This document shows positions 23,493-36,125 of a DNA stretch of 64,000 bases, piece by piece; within the stretch, counting starts at the first letter, position 1; each line of letters opens with the position of its first letter. Source of the stretch: Octopus bimaculoides (taxonomy: Eukaryota); the NCBI RefSeq assembly GCF_001194135.2, contig NC_068986.1, forward strand, positions 616,521-680,520, written 5' to 3'. The notes under the pieces are model-generated. The model did not search any database and was not told where the DNA came from. It saw nothing but the letters and a program-made list of their open reading frames with translations. Made by a program: the position numbers and the translations under genes.

Positions 23493-24436
23493 AATCTTAT
23501 TTGTTCAAGGAAACATGGCGCCGGAATCGAACACACGACCATACGATCGTTGTCCTAATACCCTAACTACCAAGCAACGCACCTCGGTGTCTATGGAACT
23601 GGTTTCCTCTCAGAATATGGAGTCGGATCTAATTCCAAATAACATTGCAGGATAACCGAACATAACTTCAATAAGAGTAACTTATTGCCAGCGAACCTTC
23701 AGTGTTTGACCAGACACGTCAACCTGGAATATCTTCAGAGAGAGAGAGAGAGAGAGAGACGGACAGAGACAGAAACAGACAGGCAGATACACACACACAC
23801 ACAAGTACACACACATACGCACTGAGAGAGACAGAGAGACAAAAAGAGAGAGTGAGAGAAGGGGACGAGAAAGAGAGACGGACTGACAGAAGACAGGGAA
23901 AGGAAACGAAACAAAAAACGGAAGCCATTATTCTACTTTATACTTTTATATTGTATGAACATAAATATATGCGTGTCTTCGCACTTGCGTGTGTGCGTGC
24001 GGGCATTTGACAGTGTGTGTGTTTGTGTGTGTGTATGTGTGTGTATGTGTGCGTGCGGTATGCTGATGATAGATAATTAGTTAGAAAAATAATAATAACG
24101 GATTATATCTCTTCGTTGATAGCAAAGTTTTGTAGCTGCTACAGATGTTGCTTTTCCTGGTTACTTTCTGCTGTAATTTTTCTTTTTTTTTTTTACATCG
24201 ATCTTTTGCAACCGAAATAAATAATAAATGCCGTACATTTAGCATTTCTTAGAAACATCAGAAGAAAAATAAATCTAGATGCAGATATAGCTGTGTATAG
24301 GTGTAGACGATGGCTGTGTGTCTTTTAAGAAGCTAGCTTTGCAAACATGAGGTTTCGGGTTCAGCCCAGTTGCTAAGCACCTTGGGCAAGCGTCTCCTAC
24401 AATAGTTCCAAGCCAACCAATGCTTTGTAAGTGAAC

Positions 24437-24555
24437 ATACGAGGGAGAGTTGAAAAGTTCCTGGCTTTGGGTGAAAAAGGCAAATACAGAAGAATCAGTT
24501 AATTGTGATTTTATTCAACATATTCCTCTCTCAGAGTTACACAATTATTGCAGGA
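24437..24555. mobile_element. Mariner-type terminal fragment
   Basis: tacgagggagagttgaaaagtt resembles mariner TIR starts (TA-CGAGGG...AAAAGT); no transposase sequence follows. Confidence 0.4.
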
Positions 24556-25770
24556 TCGATTCGTTCGACTAAAACCCCACAGGGCAATGCCCCACCGTGC
24601 CGCAGATCCATGAGTGAAACAAGTGAAAGATAAATGATAGGAAGACTTCGTTGTTGTTTTTTTTTTGGGGGGGGGGGGTTCATACAAAAATGTATGAAAT
24701 GTTGATAGGAAAGTACTGGTTACCTTAAAAGAAAGCCATCGCACTTAATGAGATCACCTCAAAACAGGTTAAATAATCAACTCTATAAATATGTAGAAGT
24801 GAGCTAAACATCGTTGAACTTAACCAAACAAACGAAAGGATTTATTTAGAAAGAACCGAACCACCACAACTTCAGCAGCCGTAAAATTCCATCTTTTACT
24901 TGTTTCAGTCATTATACTGCGGCCATGCTGGGGCCACTGCCTTGAAGGGTTTCGTCGAACAAATTGACGCTAGTACTATAGGTCACTTGTTGCTGAACCG
25001 TTAAGTTACGGGAACGTAAACAAACCATACCGGTTGTTAAGTGGTGGCTTTTGCACCAAGATCCTTGTAGATAAGTTAGAAACAGAATAAGTAATGTTCA
25101 ATGCATGATGTAATAGTTCTGTTTTATTCTGCACGAAGATTTACAAAGCTCTACGGAGACTAACGAAATGTATCGAATTTGTCCAGCTTCATTTCGTGAT
25201 CATAAACCGAAAGAATACCCGGGTATAGTTTTCGTGTCCCAGATACCCCAAAATGAAAATATGATCATAGCCGGAATGCTTTTCATCATAAGTCTTCTCA
25301 ACCAGGACTGACCAAGGGCCATACATCAACAGCTCGGCTCATTAACACAGTAGTGATTTTCAAATTCACAAATATACCATCTCACGCAAAAAAATGTATT
25401 GATGAAAGTTTCTGTCACCTTCTCCTTCTTTATTAATGAGATGACAAAATAGAATTTGCATTCCTGTAATTCTTGACAGATTTTGAAAGTTGCGAACGAT
25501 CTTAATGGACATTAAACTTGGCAATTTTCCTGCCTGCTTTTAATCCTCGCAACTCCTCACCACCAATGAGAAGCAATAGACTGTGAAGTGCATACTGACC
25601 TTTATTCACCACTTCATACGTTTCTCTCCCTCTCTCCTTCATTTGATTTCCTTTTCCCATATCTAGGATTAAGTTAATCTAACTATATCCTATATCTTTG
25701 CTTTGTCTCTTTGTCTACCCTCCTCTCCTTCTCTTATCATATGAGCGTGTGTGTGTTTATATATATATAG

Positions 25771-25922
25771 GAGTGGCTGTGTGGTAAGTAGCTTGCTTAC
25801 CAGCCACAAGGTTCCGGGTTCAGTACCACTGCGTGGCACCTTGGGCAAGTGTCTTCTACCTCGGGCCGACCAAAGCTTTGTGAGTGGATTTGGTAGACGG
25901 AAACTGAAAGAAGCCCGTCGTA

Positions 25923-25982
<60 letters not shown>

Positions 25983-26210
25983 TGTATGTATGTGTGTGTA
26001 TATGCTTGAGTGTCAGTCCCCCCAACATCGCTTGACAATCGATGCTGGTGTGTCTACGTCCCCGTAACTTAGTGGTTCAGCAAAATAGGCAGATAGAATA
26101 AGTACTAGGCCTACAAAGAATAAGTCCTGGGGTCGATTTTCTCGACTAAAGGCGGTGCTCCAGCATGGCCACAGTCAAATGACTGAAACAAGTAAAAGAG
26201 TAAAGAGTAA
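25771..26210 (+). mobile_element. Full-length, best-preserved copy of the dominant tRNA-derived SINE
   Basis: Head ggagtggctgtgtggtaag...ggttccgggttcagt, CORE-like ccttgggcaagtgtctt, central (TA)n(GATA)n(TATG)n, conserved tail and terminal aaagagt repeats. Confidence 0.92.
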
Positions 26211-26526
26211 ATATACATATATATATATATATATATANNNNNNNNNNNNNNNNNNNNNNNNNNNNNNNNNNNNNNNNNNNNNNNNNNNNNNNNNNNNNNN
26301 NNNNNNNNNNNNNNNNNNNNNNNNNNNNNNNNNNNNNNNNNNNNNNNNNNNNNNNNNNNNNNNNNNNNNNNNNNNNNNNNNNNNNNNNNNNNNNNNNNNN
26401 NNNNNNNNATATATGACGGGCTGTTTCAGTTTCCGTCTACCAAATTCACTGAAGAATTTGGACAGCTCAAACACTTGCCCAAGGAGCCACGTGCATGGGA
26501 AGCAAACTTCTTACTATAGCCACACC

Positions 26527-26564
<38 letters not shown>

Positions 26565-26779
26565 CAACCAACTGGTTGAGAAAGCTGCTAAGGTGATGCT
26601 TGAAGTACCAGTGAACTCTTAAGTCCCTGTCATCTCCAGCAATTGTTTCCTGTTATCTATAATCTGTTTTGATTAACGACTATAAACAATAACATATGTG
26701 TGTGTGGATGGGGGGCCGTGTTTGTTTAAAGATAAATATATGCCTATACCCGCATACACATACGTAGCTATGTAGATGA

Positions 26780-26985
26780 CCTGGTGGTAAGGGTGCTGCG
26801 CTTACGATCGCGTGATTGTGGTTTCAATTCCCGAATCTTGAGCAAAACATTTTATCTCACATTACTCTTCGATCGCTTCGACACTTGACGTGTCATACGC
26901 CGTGCACCTGTTCAGAAGCCAACGTTGATTTGATGGAGAAAATGAGTTAATGACAGAACGAACATCTGATCACTATAAACTTGTG
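26780..26985 (+). mobile_element. SINE, second family
   Basis: Similar along its length to 4245-4450. Confidence 0.55.
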
Positions 26986-26986
26986 T

Positions 26987-27232
26987 TAGACTTGGCAAGT
27001 CTGCTACAGAGACATTAACCAGGCGCTTCGGCAAGCTTGCAGTAACGAAGCAATGGATCGTGCTCAATGTTTCGAGCGGCACGAGCATTTCAAAAGCGGA
27101 AGAACGTCCCTTGAAGACGGTGAGCGATCTGGAACACCTGCCACGAGCGTCAGCCCGGAAACGTGGTATTGTGCATCGAGAATTCCTCCCCCAGGGCCAG
27201 ACTGTCAATCGAGAGTTCTACTGCGACGTACA
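26987..27232 (+). pseudogene. Mariner (DD34D-type) transposase remnant with a large internal deletion
   Basis: LGKSATETL...EAMDRAQCFERHEHFKSGRTSLEDGERSG.PATS (HTH region) is joined directly to RGIVHREFLPQGQTVNREFYCDV (catalytic region). Confidence 0.85.
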
Positions 27233-27639
27233 TATAACTTTTGAACACACATATACATACATATATACATGAGAGAGAGAGAGAGACACACACACACACA
27301 CAGAATTTAAATTGTTGAGGTTTTGCTTGATAGGTATGGCGTCAATAACATAGAATACGTAATGTTACCTCTATTTGAATCTTCAGTCTGCTTTAGACTG
27401 ATGAATTAATACAGATGAAATATGTTTTTACTTTTTTTTATGAGATAGAAAACTTTAGCATCGTAAACTAGATTCGAACTTTCACCCTATGCTTTACATT
27501 GACCCCTTAATAATTACTTGTATCCTCGTCATGATTTTTTACCCGTTTTATTGTGCCCGCAGGTAGTAAAAACTGGACAGAAGCAGACGAGACAGCCCAG
27601 AATCGAGAACAGTTGAGAAAAGTCGCCGACGGACTTCTG

Positions 27640-28030
27640 TAATCCTATTTCGCCAAGTGATTACGATGATCTTCCGTATACATCGTCGATAGATTGTGTC
27701 CATCTTCTTGGTTACATTCGCCGATATTTCCCATGTTTCGCAGCCATACAGAACCACTAGTAGAACTATTGCAGCATATGGTACGACTGTTATGTTGTTG
27801 ACCCAGATTTGAAGCATACATTGGAATACTCGTCCTGCTTTTCAATTTTTCCGTTTACATCGCTTTCCATTTTTCATCACTACCGATCACATTGCTCAGG
27901 TTAAAGAAACTGTCCGCATCTTCCTCAATCTGCTGGTTGGTGAGGATGGAATGTTGGGCCGTGGCATTTATCTGCATCAACTTGGTCTTTTTGCAGCTAA
28001 TTCTGAACCCGTTCTTCCCCGCGGGTACCT
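27640..28030 (-). mobile_element. RTE-clade LINE RT/thumb fragment
   Basis: GFRISCKKTKLMQIN...IEEDADSF.NL.NVIG; VLLVVLYGCETWEISANVTKKMDTIYRRCIRKIIVITWRNRIT. Confidence 0.8.
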
Positions 28031-28383
28031 TCCTTATCAATAAATCAACTACAAGCAGGAAGAGAGGGAGTGAAAGTTGGCAATCCTGGCAGATCCAGTA
28101 ATAAGGATTTGTGTATGTGTGGAGGCTGGGGTGGGTGCGTGTGTCTGTTTAACTCCACCACTAGTTTCAGTGATTGGATTGCGGGCATTGCTCGGGCATC
28201 GAAGTGTACAGTCGATCAAATCAGCCCCAATGCTTCTTTTTGAACTTTGGTGCTTATTCTATCGGTCGCTTTTTTGTAAACCGATTCATTATGGGGAAGT
28301 AAAACGAAAAACAATTGTCAAATTGTAGTGATAGAATCAAACACAAAGATACACACATGCATACATACTTACATATGCACGCG

Positions 28384-28384
<1 letters not shown>

Positions 28385-28454
<70 letters not shown>
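28385..28454. repeat. (CA)n microsatellite
   Basis: Long near-perfect CA run; one of many in the window. Confidence 0.95.
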
Positions 28455-28459
<5 letters not shown>

Positions 28460-30682
28460 TATACATGTATGTGTGTGCGTGTATACACGACGGGTTTCTT
28501 ATTTCTACCTCTGGTATAAAGAATGAAGGCCATATTTCAGATTAAACAAAGATATTTTAAAACTCGATAAATAAAATTTAATAAAATAAAACAAAAATTA
28601 ACACAATTAGATGTTTTTGCTGTTCAATATCTTGGTTGCTTCCATAAATTACAAATTCTTAATGGCTGATCCTTGAAAAGGAATTGTGCCTTTTGAAAAC
28701 TGAATCAAATATTTTACCTTATTCCCGATCTGATAATTTTTAACATTGAAATATATAATGCGATATAATTTATTGTTCCTCAAGAAATATATTGTTCTCC
28801 GACAATATAACGACGATTCTATGCAACCTGTTCTTGATTATATACAATTAAAAGGAACGTGACTCATACGCAGCCAATAAAATGTTTATTTGCGTTGTTC
28901 AGTAACTGATTAGTTATATTACAGAATAAATTTGGTTGAGATAATGGATGACGACCGTTTGATGTTTTATCTACGAAGTCTTCCTGATATTCTCCCACGT
29001 TCTTAACTGATAAGATTTTTACTAAATCATTTAACTTGGGTAGCTTTGGAATCTTTATGTTCCGAGTTCAAATTCCGCTTAAGTCGACATTACCTTTCAT
29101 CTTTCGGGGTTGATAGAATAAGTGCAAGTTGAACACTGGGATCAGTGTAGTTGACTGGAACCCCCACTCCCACAAAATGTTAGGCTTTACGCCTCTAGCA
29201 GAAAAGATTATTTCTCTTCGTACTATGGATTCGTTGATTCATCTGCTTATTATTTCCTATAATATTTGTTTACCGTGAAGAAGAGGAAATATTTGACGCT
29301 TTGGGTTGGGCACTTCATCATAGGAGTAACTACCACTTGATAGGTCTTGTATTATGTTGAAATTGACGAAGAGAGCATTGGTTGTTGTTGCTACTGCTGC
29401 TACTGTTATTCTATGAAGTGTAATGTTGTCGTTAGCTCATCCCTCGACCATCCCTGTTTTCATCGCTTATCGACTTTTCACACAAATTAATGAATGTTTC
29501 TTGTTCTGTTAATTTACCTTGCACTCTTCAGCCTGTTTCCAGTTTAATAATCCATATTTTGTTTGTTTTGGTGGAAGATAGAGCGCGTTGTCCATTTTCT
29601 TTTCCACCACTTGCCAAAGCCGGCGTGGAACTATGTAGTCGCGAAACCTGCTAGAAATAGCAGCCAAATCTCCCTCAGATAGCGGGTTGTTTTAAACAGG
29701 GATACACTGGCCATATTAGTCCCTGATATACAAGACGGGGTGGACCGTATAGAGGTTACTAGTTTTGGCAGGTAACAGAAAATAGTCTACGTTCACAATT
29801 ACTTAATGAAACAAACAAAACGGATTTTTAAATTACAGAGATCAAAGTCAACTACAAGAACAAAAAGCATTCATTATCAGTGGATGAAGTCGTACCTAGA
29901 ATAAAAAATAACGTGCTTTTACCTGTTGTTGTTTACCTCCAAATGTGTCCGGATTCAATGGACTAATGATCCAAAGCATTCTAGTCTCAGCCATCCCTTC
30001 TAGGATCAAATTATCCAATGTACTTTCTTTAAAAAACAGTGGGTTAAGATCTGAATGAAATGTGGCTGTATTTCTAGCAGATTTAGCGATCACGTAAAGG
30101 TTTTCTCGCTGACTTGTATTTTACGCAAGGATATTCTTAGCTTCAATGTCAGTAAACACTCAGAGAAAGATGCAATTTTTGCTATTATCACAGTTTTTTT
30201 AAATATTATTTTAATTGTAGTCTTGTGCTTTTGGTGTTAGTATCGATTTGTTACTGATTCTTTTTTAATGTTTCCATTAGTAGTTTAGCCCCAGGTCACT
30301 CCTGATCGAGTAAAGTCTATGATCAAAGACTTTTCACAACGGCCATTTTGTCTTTTAATTTTCAGATAAAGTATTCAGGACGAGATTCGTCAATGTGGCA
30401 AATACCATCCTTCACCCCACCCTAGTCCTACCCACAAAAAAAATATTGAACTTTTTCATCACCCCCTCCTCCTCCTCCTTTAACAATGAAAAGACAAAAC
30501 TTTGTATCCAAATGATTCTTCTTTCTCTGACATGGCACTGGATAATTTTAAAAGCATTTAAAACCATCCCTATTTTATTAGATACAACAACCTGCCCGTC
30601 TCCTTTTCTTCATGTCTGTCTTCACAGGCTCCATTCTGCTGAGAAATGCTGCAAAATTAGGAATACTACATACAGGTATGGC

Positions 30683-30939
30683 TAGGCGCAGGTGAGAAGC
30701 TTGCTTCCTAACCACGTGGTCTTGGGTACAGTCACACTACGTGGTAGCTTGGGCAGGTGTCTTCTACTATAACAACGGGCTGACGAGAGTCTTGTGAGGG
30801 AATTCGTTTGACAGAAACTGGAAGAAGCTCGTCGTCTACGTATGAGCGAAGGTAAAGAATACGCACACCACCTGTTGTTGGTGCCGAGGGTTAAGGTTAT
30901 GCCGAAAACGGGTGGTGTGCGTATTCTCTACCCTCCGCC

Positions 30940-30982
<43 letters not shown>

Positions 30983-31270
30983 CAACTAATAAATGAGTAT
31001 ATGCATATATATGTAGATGTATGTACATACCTACATCTACATGTATATATAGATGCCTATCTGGGTACAGGACATATATATAGTTTTGTGTTGTTCCCCA
31101 ACCGCTTAACAACTGATGTTGGTTTGTTTACGTTCCCCTAACTTAACGGCTCAACCAAAGAGGAAGATTGAGTAAGTCCTAGACTTTAAAGATAAATACT
31201 GCGCTCAATTTATTCGACTAAACCTTTCAATGTGTTGCTCCAGCATTGCCGTGGTCCAATGGCAAATAAA
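30683..31270 (+). mobile_element. Dominant SINE split by a micro-MITE and an expanded microsatellite
   Basis: Head at about 30683-30840, tail at about 31085-31270. Confidence 0.7.
30845..30940. mobile_element. Second copy of the telomere-loop micro-MITE
   Basis: agcgaaggtaaagaatacgcacaccacc...agggttaaggtt...gccgaaaacgggtggtgtgcgtattctctaccctccgc; possible decayed 8-bp TSD (tacgtatg / tatgtata). Confidence 0.75.
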
Positions 31271-31750
31271 AAAAAACGAAAGATTCATTATTTAAGTAAG
31301 GTTTGATTTAGAAGATATTTGGTCGTTAATTCTAGAATGTCAAACTGCTGAATAGAATGTCAATAATGCTTAATTCGCTACTTTAATTTCGACACAAATG
31401 AAATGTCTTGTAATTTCTAATTTCTAGAAAAAATTGAAAAGGACAAAAAAACAGAGATTTAGATATTGAAAAATATAAATCAAATTAATATACTGATTGA
31501 ATGAGATGAGAAAAATCTCTAGGCAACAAACCGTAATGGTGGCTGTTATGGTAATGGTGATGATGCAGAAGTAATAAAGAAACAACAGAATTTAATCAGT
31601 AATATAATAAAATACCAAATTCATGTGACACCTTCTATGTCTCTCTTTTAAGGTGAGTCAACATGAAATGTATGGGTATGATTGCAATGTACATACATTG
31701 AAATAATTGGAGAAAAAAAATCAAACACACCCATACATACATTTATATAC

Positions 31751-31788
<38 letters not shown>

Positions 31789-31789
<1 letters not shown>

Positions 31790-33500
31790 TAGCAGCGAAG
31801 TCCGGTTTCACCCGGTCAGAGAACGACGCGAAGAGAGAAACGAAGACATAAAAAAGAGGAAGAAGTGGATACGAAGTGGTGTTTGGGCGACGGCTCTTGG
31901 TAGAAAAAAAGAAAGAATGTCATGGTGAGTTAGTAAGGAGAGCAAAGCAAGACTGGACTTACTTGGGCTGGCAGGACGATGAAAAAATTGCGGAGTTGAA
32001 ATTGGAGCAGCTGAAGTTGCCGTTGTTATCATTGGAGTGCCTCTTGGTAGACAACATTCTTCGTCCTTCCCTCGGGTGCACAAATAGAAAGACCATGGGG
32101 ACAGCCAGCGTACAGTTGTGCGTGTGAGAATACTTGCTCTGTCAGATTCAAACCAACCGCTTGCACTGGTTGTCCCGGGAAAGCAGAGTTTGATGGGAAA
32201 TTGCATCTGTTTAAACTTGTAGGTCGTATCGGAGTGGGTAAGGGACATGGGAGTTATAAGTATGTCTTAGCCAGTGGCCGGTTCATTCAAGATTGTTGCC
32301 TACAGAACTCGGGAGCACAATTTCTTGATAATCATCCGCGTACCATTGCACATTATTGGAGCATCTAAATTCCTTAGCAGCATGACTGGAGCGCCAACTT
32401 TCAGATGCGGTTCGTGACCTGGTAGTTCTGTGGGTCCCCCCTTTTGTCAGATTTGTCATGGACCGGCCGGTCTATCTCAGATACATGGGAAGCTAGATTA
32501 AATTTTTCATCAACACAGGGGAGCCGAAATAAATTTTTTCAATGTTCAAGGGAAGCCAAATCGCGAAAAAGGTTGAGAAATGCTGATCTATAACGATGGT
32601 TTTTATTTAGGCACATCGTAAAAGTAATTATAATGAATTGCTTAATATAAAGAAAACTATTTTCTTTTTCAAGCAAATACAGTTAGATAAAATATTTACC
32701 ACAAGGAGAAAAAGACAAAAATAAAATAACACGTGTCAAAAATTTTTTTTTCTAAAATCGTTCAATGACGTCAACTGGAGTGTGGGGTTCGAGTAGACGT
32801 CATTCCACCTTTTGATTTATTATTACCATTCTTTTCGTTCGATTTTATTTTTCCTCCACTTTTGTGTTTCTTCTATCCTTGTGTTGTTCCCTCTGTGTTT
32901 CGACCCTGTGTGGTTAATAAACAAATTAAGTCGTCAGGTATGTATATGTGTGTGTATGTGGGTTTAATAACGTACCGTATATGGTATGTCTGTACTTTTG
33001 TATGCAGTTTAAATTAAGGAAATAGAAGCACTTGTACAGAGAGACAAAGAATTTTATATTTTACCTGCCAACCTTGCAACTACTGCGATAATTATTAATC
33101 GGTAATGAAACAGTAAATGTGTATTGTTTTAAAGGAAATGAAAATAAAATTTCGTATTGACACTTCACGCATGTCAGTCGTCAGGAATGTATGCGTAGAT
33201 CTGTGAGTGTTTAATAACGTACCGTAATAATATGTCTGTATTTTCGTATGCAGTGTAAATTAATCCCCCAAAAATTACAGTATCGAAATGTGATTGTTTC
33301 AGTTTTGATACTTAAATAGTGGAGGACATATTATGTTGCTGTGGGCTCAAACTACACAAGAAGTTTAAAAATTTTTGACTAAAACACAACCTGGACCCTA
33401 AGTAAGGCATGTGTAAAATTTGAATGAAATTAGTTGTGTAGTTCTGGAGTTTTAGGGATTCACACAGACACACATTTTCATTTTTATATATATATATATA
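31789..33500 (-). mobile_element. Non-autonomous Helitron of about 1.7 kb inserted in (TA)n
   Basis: 3' end on minus is a ccgg-gtgaaa-ccgg hairpin followed by CTAG|T at 31789; internal helicase relic; the 5' end (tatataaaaatgaaaatgtgtgtctgtgtg...caaattttac) merges with a TA run. Confidence 0.85.
32029..32440 (-). pseudogene. Helitron PIF1-like helicase C-terminus, frameshifted
   Basis: HLKVGAPVMLLRNLDAPIMCNGTRMIIKKL...ATIL...DILI...SDTTYKFKQMQFPIKLCF...FSHAQLYAGC...PEGRTKNVVYQEALQ-stop. Confidence 0.9.
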
Positions 33501-33509
33501 TATATATTC

Positions 33510-33830
33510 TTTTATTTGTTTCAGTCATTTGACTGTGGCCGTATTGTTTGTAAGCCTAGTACTTATTTTATCAGTCTCTTTTGCCGAACCACTAGGTTAC
33601 GGGGACGTAAACACACCAACATCGGTTTTCAAGCGAAGGTGGGGAGACAAACGCAGACACACAAACATATACATGTGTATATACGACGGGCGTCTTTCAG
33701 TTTCCGTCCACCAAATCCACTCACCGAGGCTATAGTAGAAGACACTTGCCCAAGGTGCCACACAGTGGGACTGAACCCGGAACCATGTGGTTCGTAAGCG
33801 AGCTACTTACCAAATAGCCACACATAGTAA
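33510..33830 (-). mobile_element. Dominant SINE, near full length
   Basis: Reverse complement of 25771-26210. Confidence 0.85.
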
Positions 33831-34039
33831 CTCACGCATACACACACACACACACACACATGTATGTATGTATGTCCCATACGAGCATACATTACACACA
33901 CACACACGCGCGCAGAAATACACATCCTATTGCGGTCAACTTTGCCTTTCATTGCTTTTAGGGGTCGATGAACGCCTTATCCTTTCCCCTAAAATTTTCA
34001 GGCCCACTGTAGAAAGGATTATTATTGTTATGGGTCAGG

Positions 34040-34250
34040 CGGAGAGTTGGCAGAACCGTTAGCATGCTGAGGAAAATGCTCAGAGACATTTCTTCCGTCT
34101 TTTTACGTTCTGAGTTCAAATTCCGCTGAAGTCGACTTTGCCTTTTATCCTTTCGGGGTCGATAAAATAAGTACCTCCCAAGTACTGGGGTTGACATAAT
34201 CAACTAGCCACTCACTCCCACAAAAAGAAAATAAAAAAATTCAGGCCTTA
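34040..34250 (+). mobile_element. SINE with Meta-like domain (a more decayed copy follows at about 34260-34460)
   Basis: gagttcaaattccgctgaagtcgactttgccttttatcctttcggggtcgataaaataagtacc. Confidence 0.75.
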
Positions 34251-34619
34251 TGTATTGGCAAATTCATCAGATCGTCGAAAAACTTGCCTTGCGGCATTTC
34301 TTGCGACATTTTACCTTCCTTGTTCAAATCCCGCCGGGATCAACTTTATCTTCCATCTCACTGGAGTCCATAAAATAAAGTACCAATTCAGTACTGTCTG
34401 CAGTGATATTGACTAATCCCCTCCCCTCAAAAGTGCTGATTTTGTGTTTAAATCAGAAATCTTGATCGTCATTATAATTGCTTTTATTTTAATGTTGTTG
34501 CTGTTGCTGATGTTTTACTTTATTGTAGAACTGGGTCAACAACCTCACTGAGTACAGATCAATTCTTGCAAAGGCCTTAAAATGAATCAATGTTTTACAT
34601 TAATACACAAATAATGCAA

Positions 34620-34970
34620 GTCTCATTTACTTGGTGAGAATACTGCAGTACCAAAGGAATATAATATACGTAAACGATCAGTCATCGTGTCTTTCGAACA
34701 TTCTTGGAAGAAACAGAAGCTGAATATAACATTCATTTCATTATTTTCATCTAACAAAAAAGCTACATCATGAAAAAAAAAAAAATGAAGGCTTGAAAAA
34801 GCATTTTATCGCTTCAGTCCTTCACAAGGATAAATTCTTATAGTGAAGCTGCAACTCAAACTAGTTTGAAAGTAGCATGTTGTGAGCTAAGAAAGTTTAA
34901 AAAAAAACATTTACTCACGGTAAATTAGCTAAATTTTGTGTAACTGCAGTAGTTGAAAAAGTATGTCCAA
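34620..34970 (+). pseudogene. hAT (SPIN/Buster/GTF2IRD2-like) transposase N-terminal relic
   Basis: GENTAVPKEYNIRK...SEAATQTSLKVAC...FTHGKLAKFCVTAVVEKVCP matches the AV.KEYN.RRH and KPF..GE..K.C...CP motifs of this group. Confidence 0.7.
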
Positions 34971-35744
34971 AAACTTGTTCTTTTTTAAATCATTTATTCA
35001 TGAATGGATTTCAATATATGACAAAATCAATTTATGTGGATAAAATATATATATTTTTTCAAAAATTAAATACGCTAAAATCATACATAGGTTAGTGTTG
35101 ACGGATCGAAACTGGAGTCAGTTTTGATTACAGGTTCCACAAACTTAGAACTGCAGTGTGACAATATCTAATCTCCCAAATATAATTTCATATTCTCATT
35201 GGTACATAAAGTTTTAAGAAGAAATATCTACGTTTATAATAAACGTTTGAGTAATTAAAAACAGGCTGTTTCCATAGTTTAAATTGTTTGCAGCCATGCG
35301 CACCTCCAAATAAAGTAATAATAAAAGAATATGAATAATATATATCGTCAAGAATTTTAAGATCTATTTCAATATTTATTATACCTCTCTCCAACAAGTT
35401 GAAGATCATTTCATTTTAATTATTTATTTTTGTCTGAACGAAGAGACAGTGTTTATTACTCAGTCAGGTTTTACGAAAACAGCAAAACCGACGCCAGTAA
35501 TGTTCCTCGGTTATACATACATGGTGGTCCGTAAGTGTAAACCAGTTTGTCCATCTTCTTTGTGCATGGTGTGAAGGGCATCTCCGTTCCTGGATCTTTT
35601 TTTTCCCCCCCTCACAAATACTGACTGAAGATTTCTTTAAAAAGTCATTTTGCTAGCGCTGGAAATTTGGATTTATACTTTCCCACTGTTCGATAGCATA
35701 AAACCACCCGAAACTATGCACACACACACACACACACACACATC

Positions 35745-36125
35745 CTCTGGAAAGTCAGAAGTGATTGTCGGAAAACTTCTACGACTTCAGCACTTCCAAT
35801 TTCTGGCTTCCTAATTCCCTCAATTTTAGTCCCATGTGTGTCGCGGTTGAGTAAGACATCAACTGCTCTACTTGCAACACAAGGCCGATCTGGTGTTGCA
35901 GATCAAGGAGGTGTTCAAAGATATTCCCGAGAACACAGCGAGGAACGCATGCGCCAGGTTCCGGAGCCGTCTTGAAGCCATGGTGGAGGCCGAGGGCGGC
36001 TACTTGTTATAAACTATTATCTCCCAGCTATAATCTCGTTGATTTTTTTTTTTAATGCTTCATTTTTAGGTAGGATATTGTTTTCTTTTCCTTTTGTGAA
36101 AACTGTCAAATTTAGCTCCAATAAC
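35745..36125 (+). mobile_element. 3' fragment of the DD37D (maT-like) element with right TIR
   Basis: SGKSE..LSENFYDF...FWLPNS...KEVFKDIP..T.RNACARFRSRLEAMVEAEGGY; TIR aactgtcaaatttagctc. Confidence 0.8.

Noticed and set aside
29900-30070. Apparent minus-strand exon with AG and GTAAAG boundaries
   Set aside because: The sequence matches the repeated tail also seen at 52320-52500.
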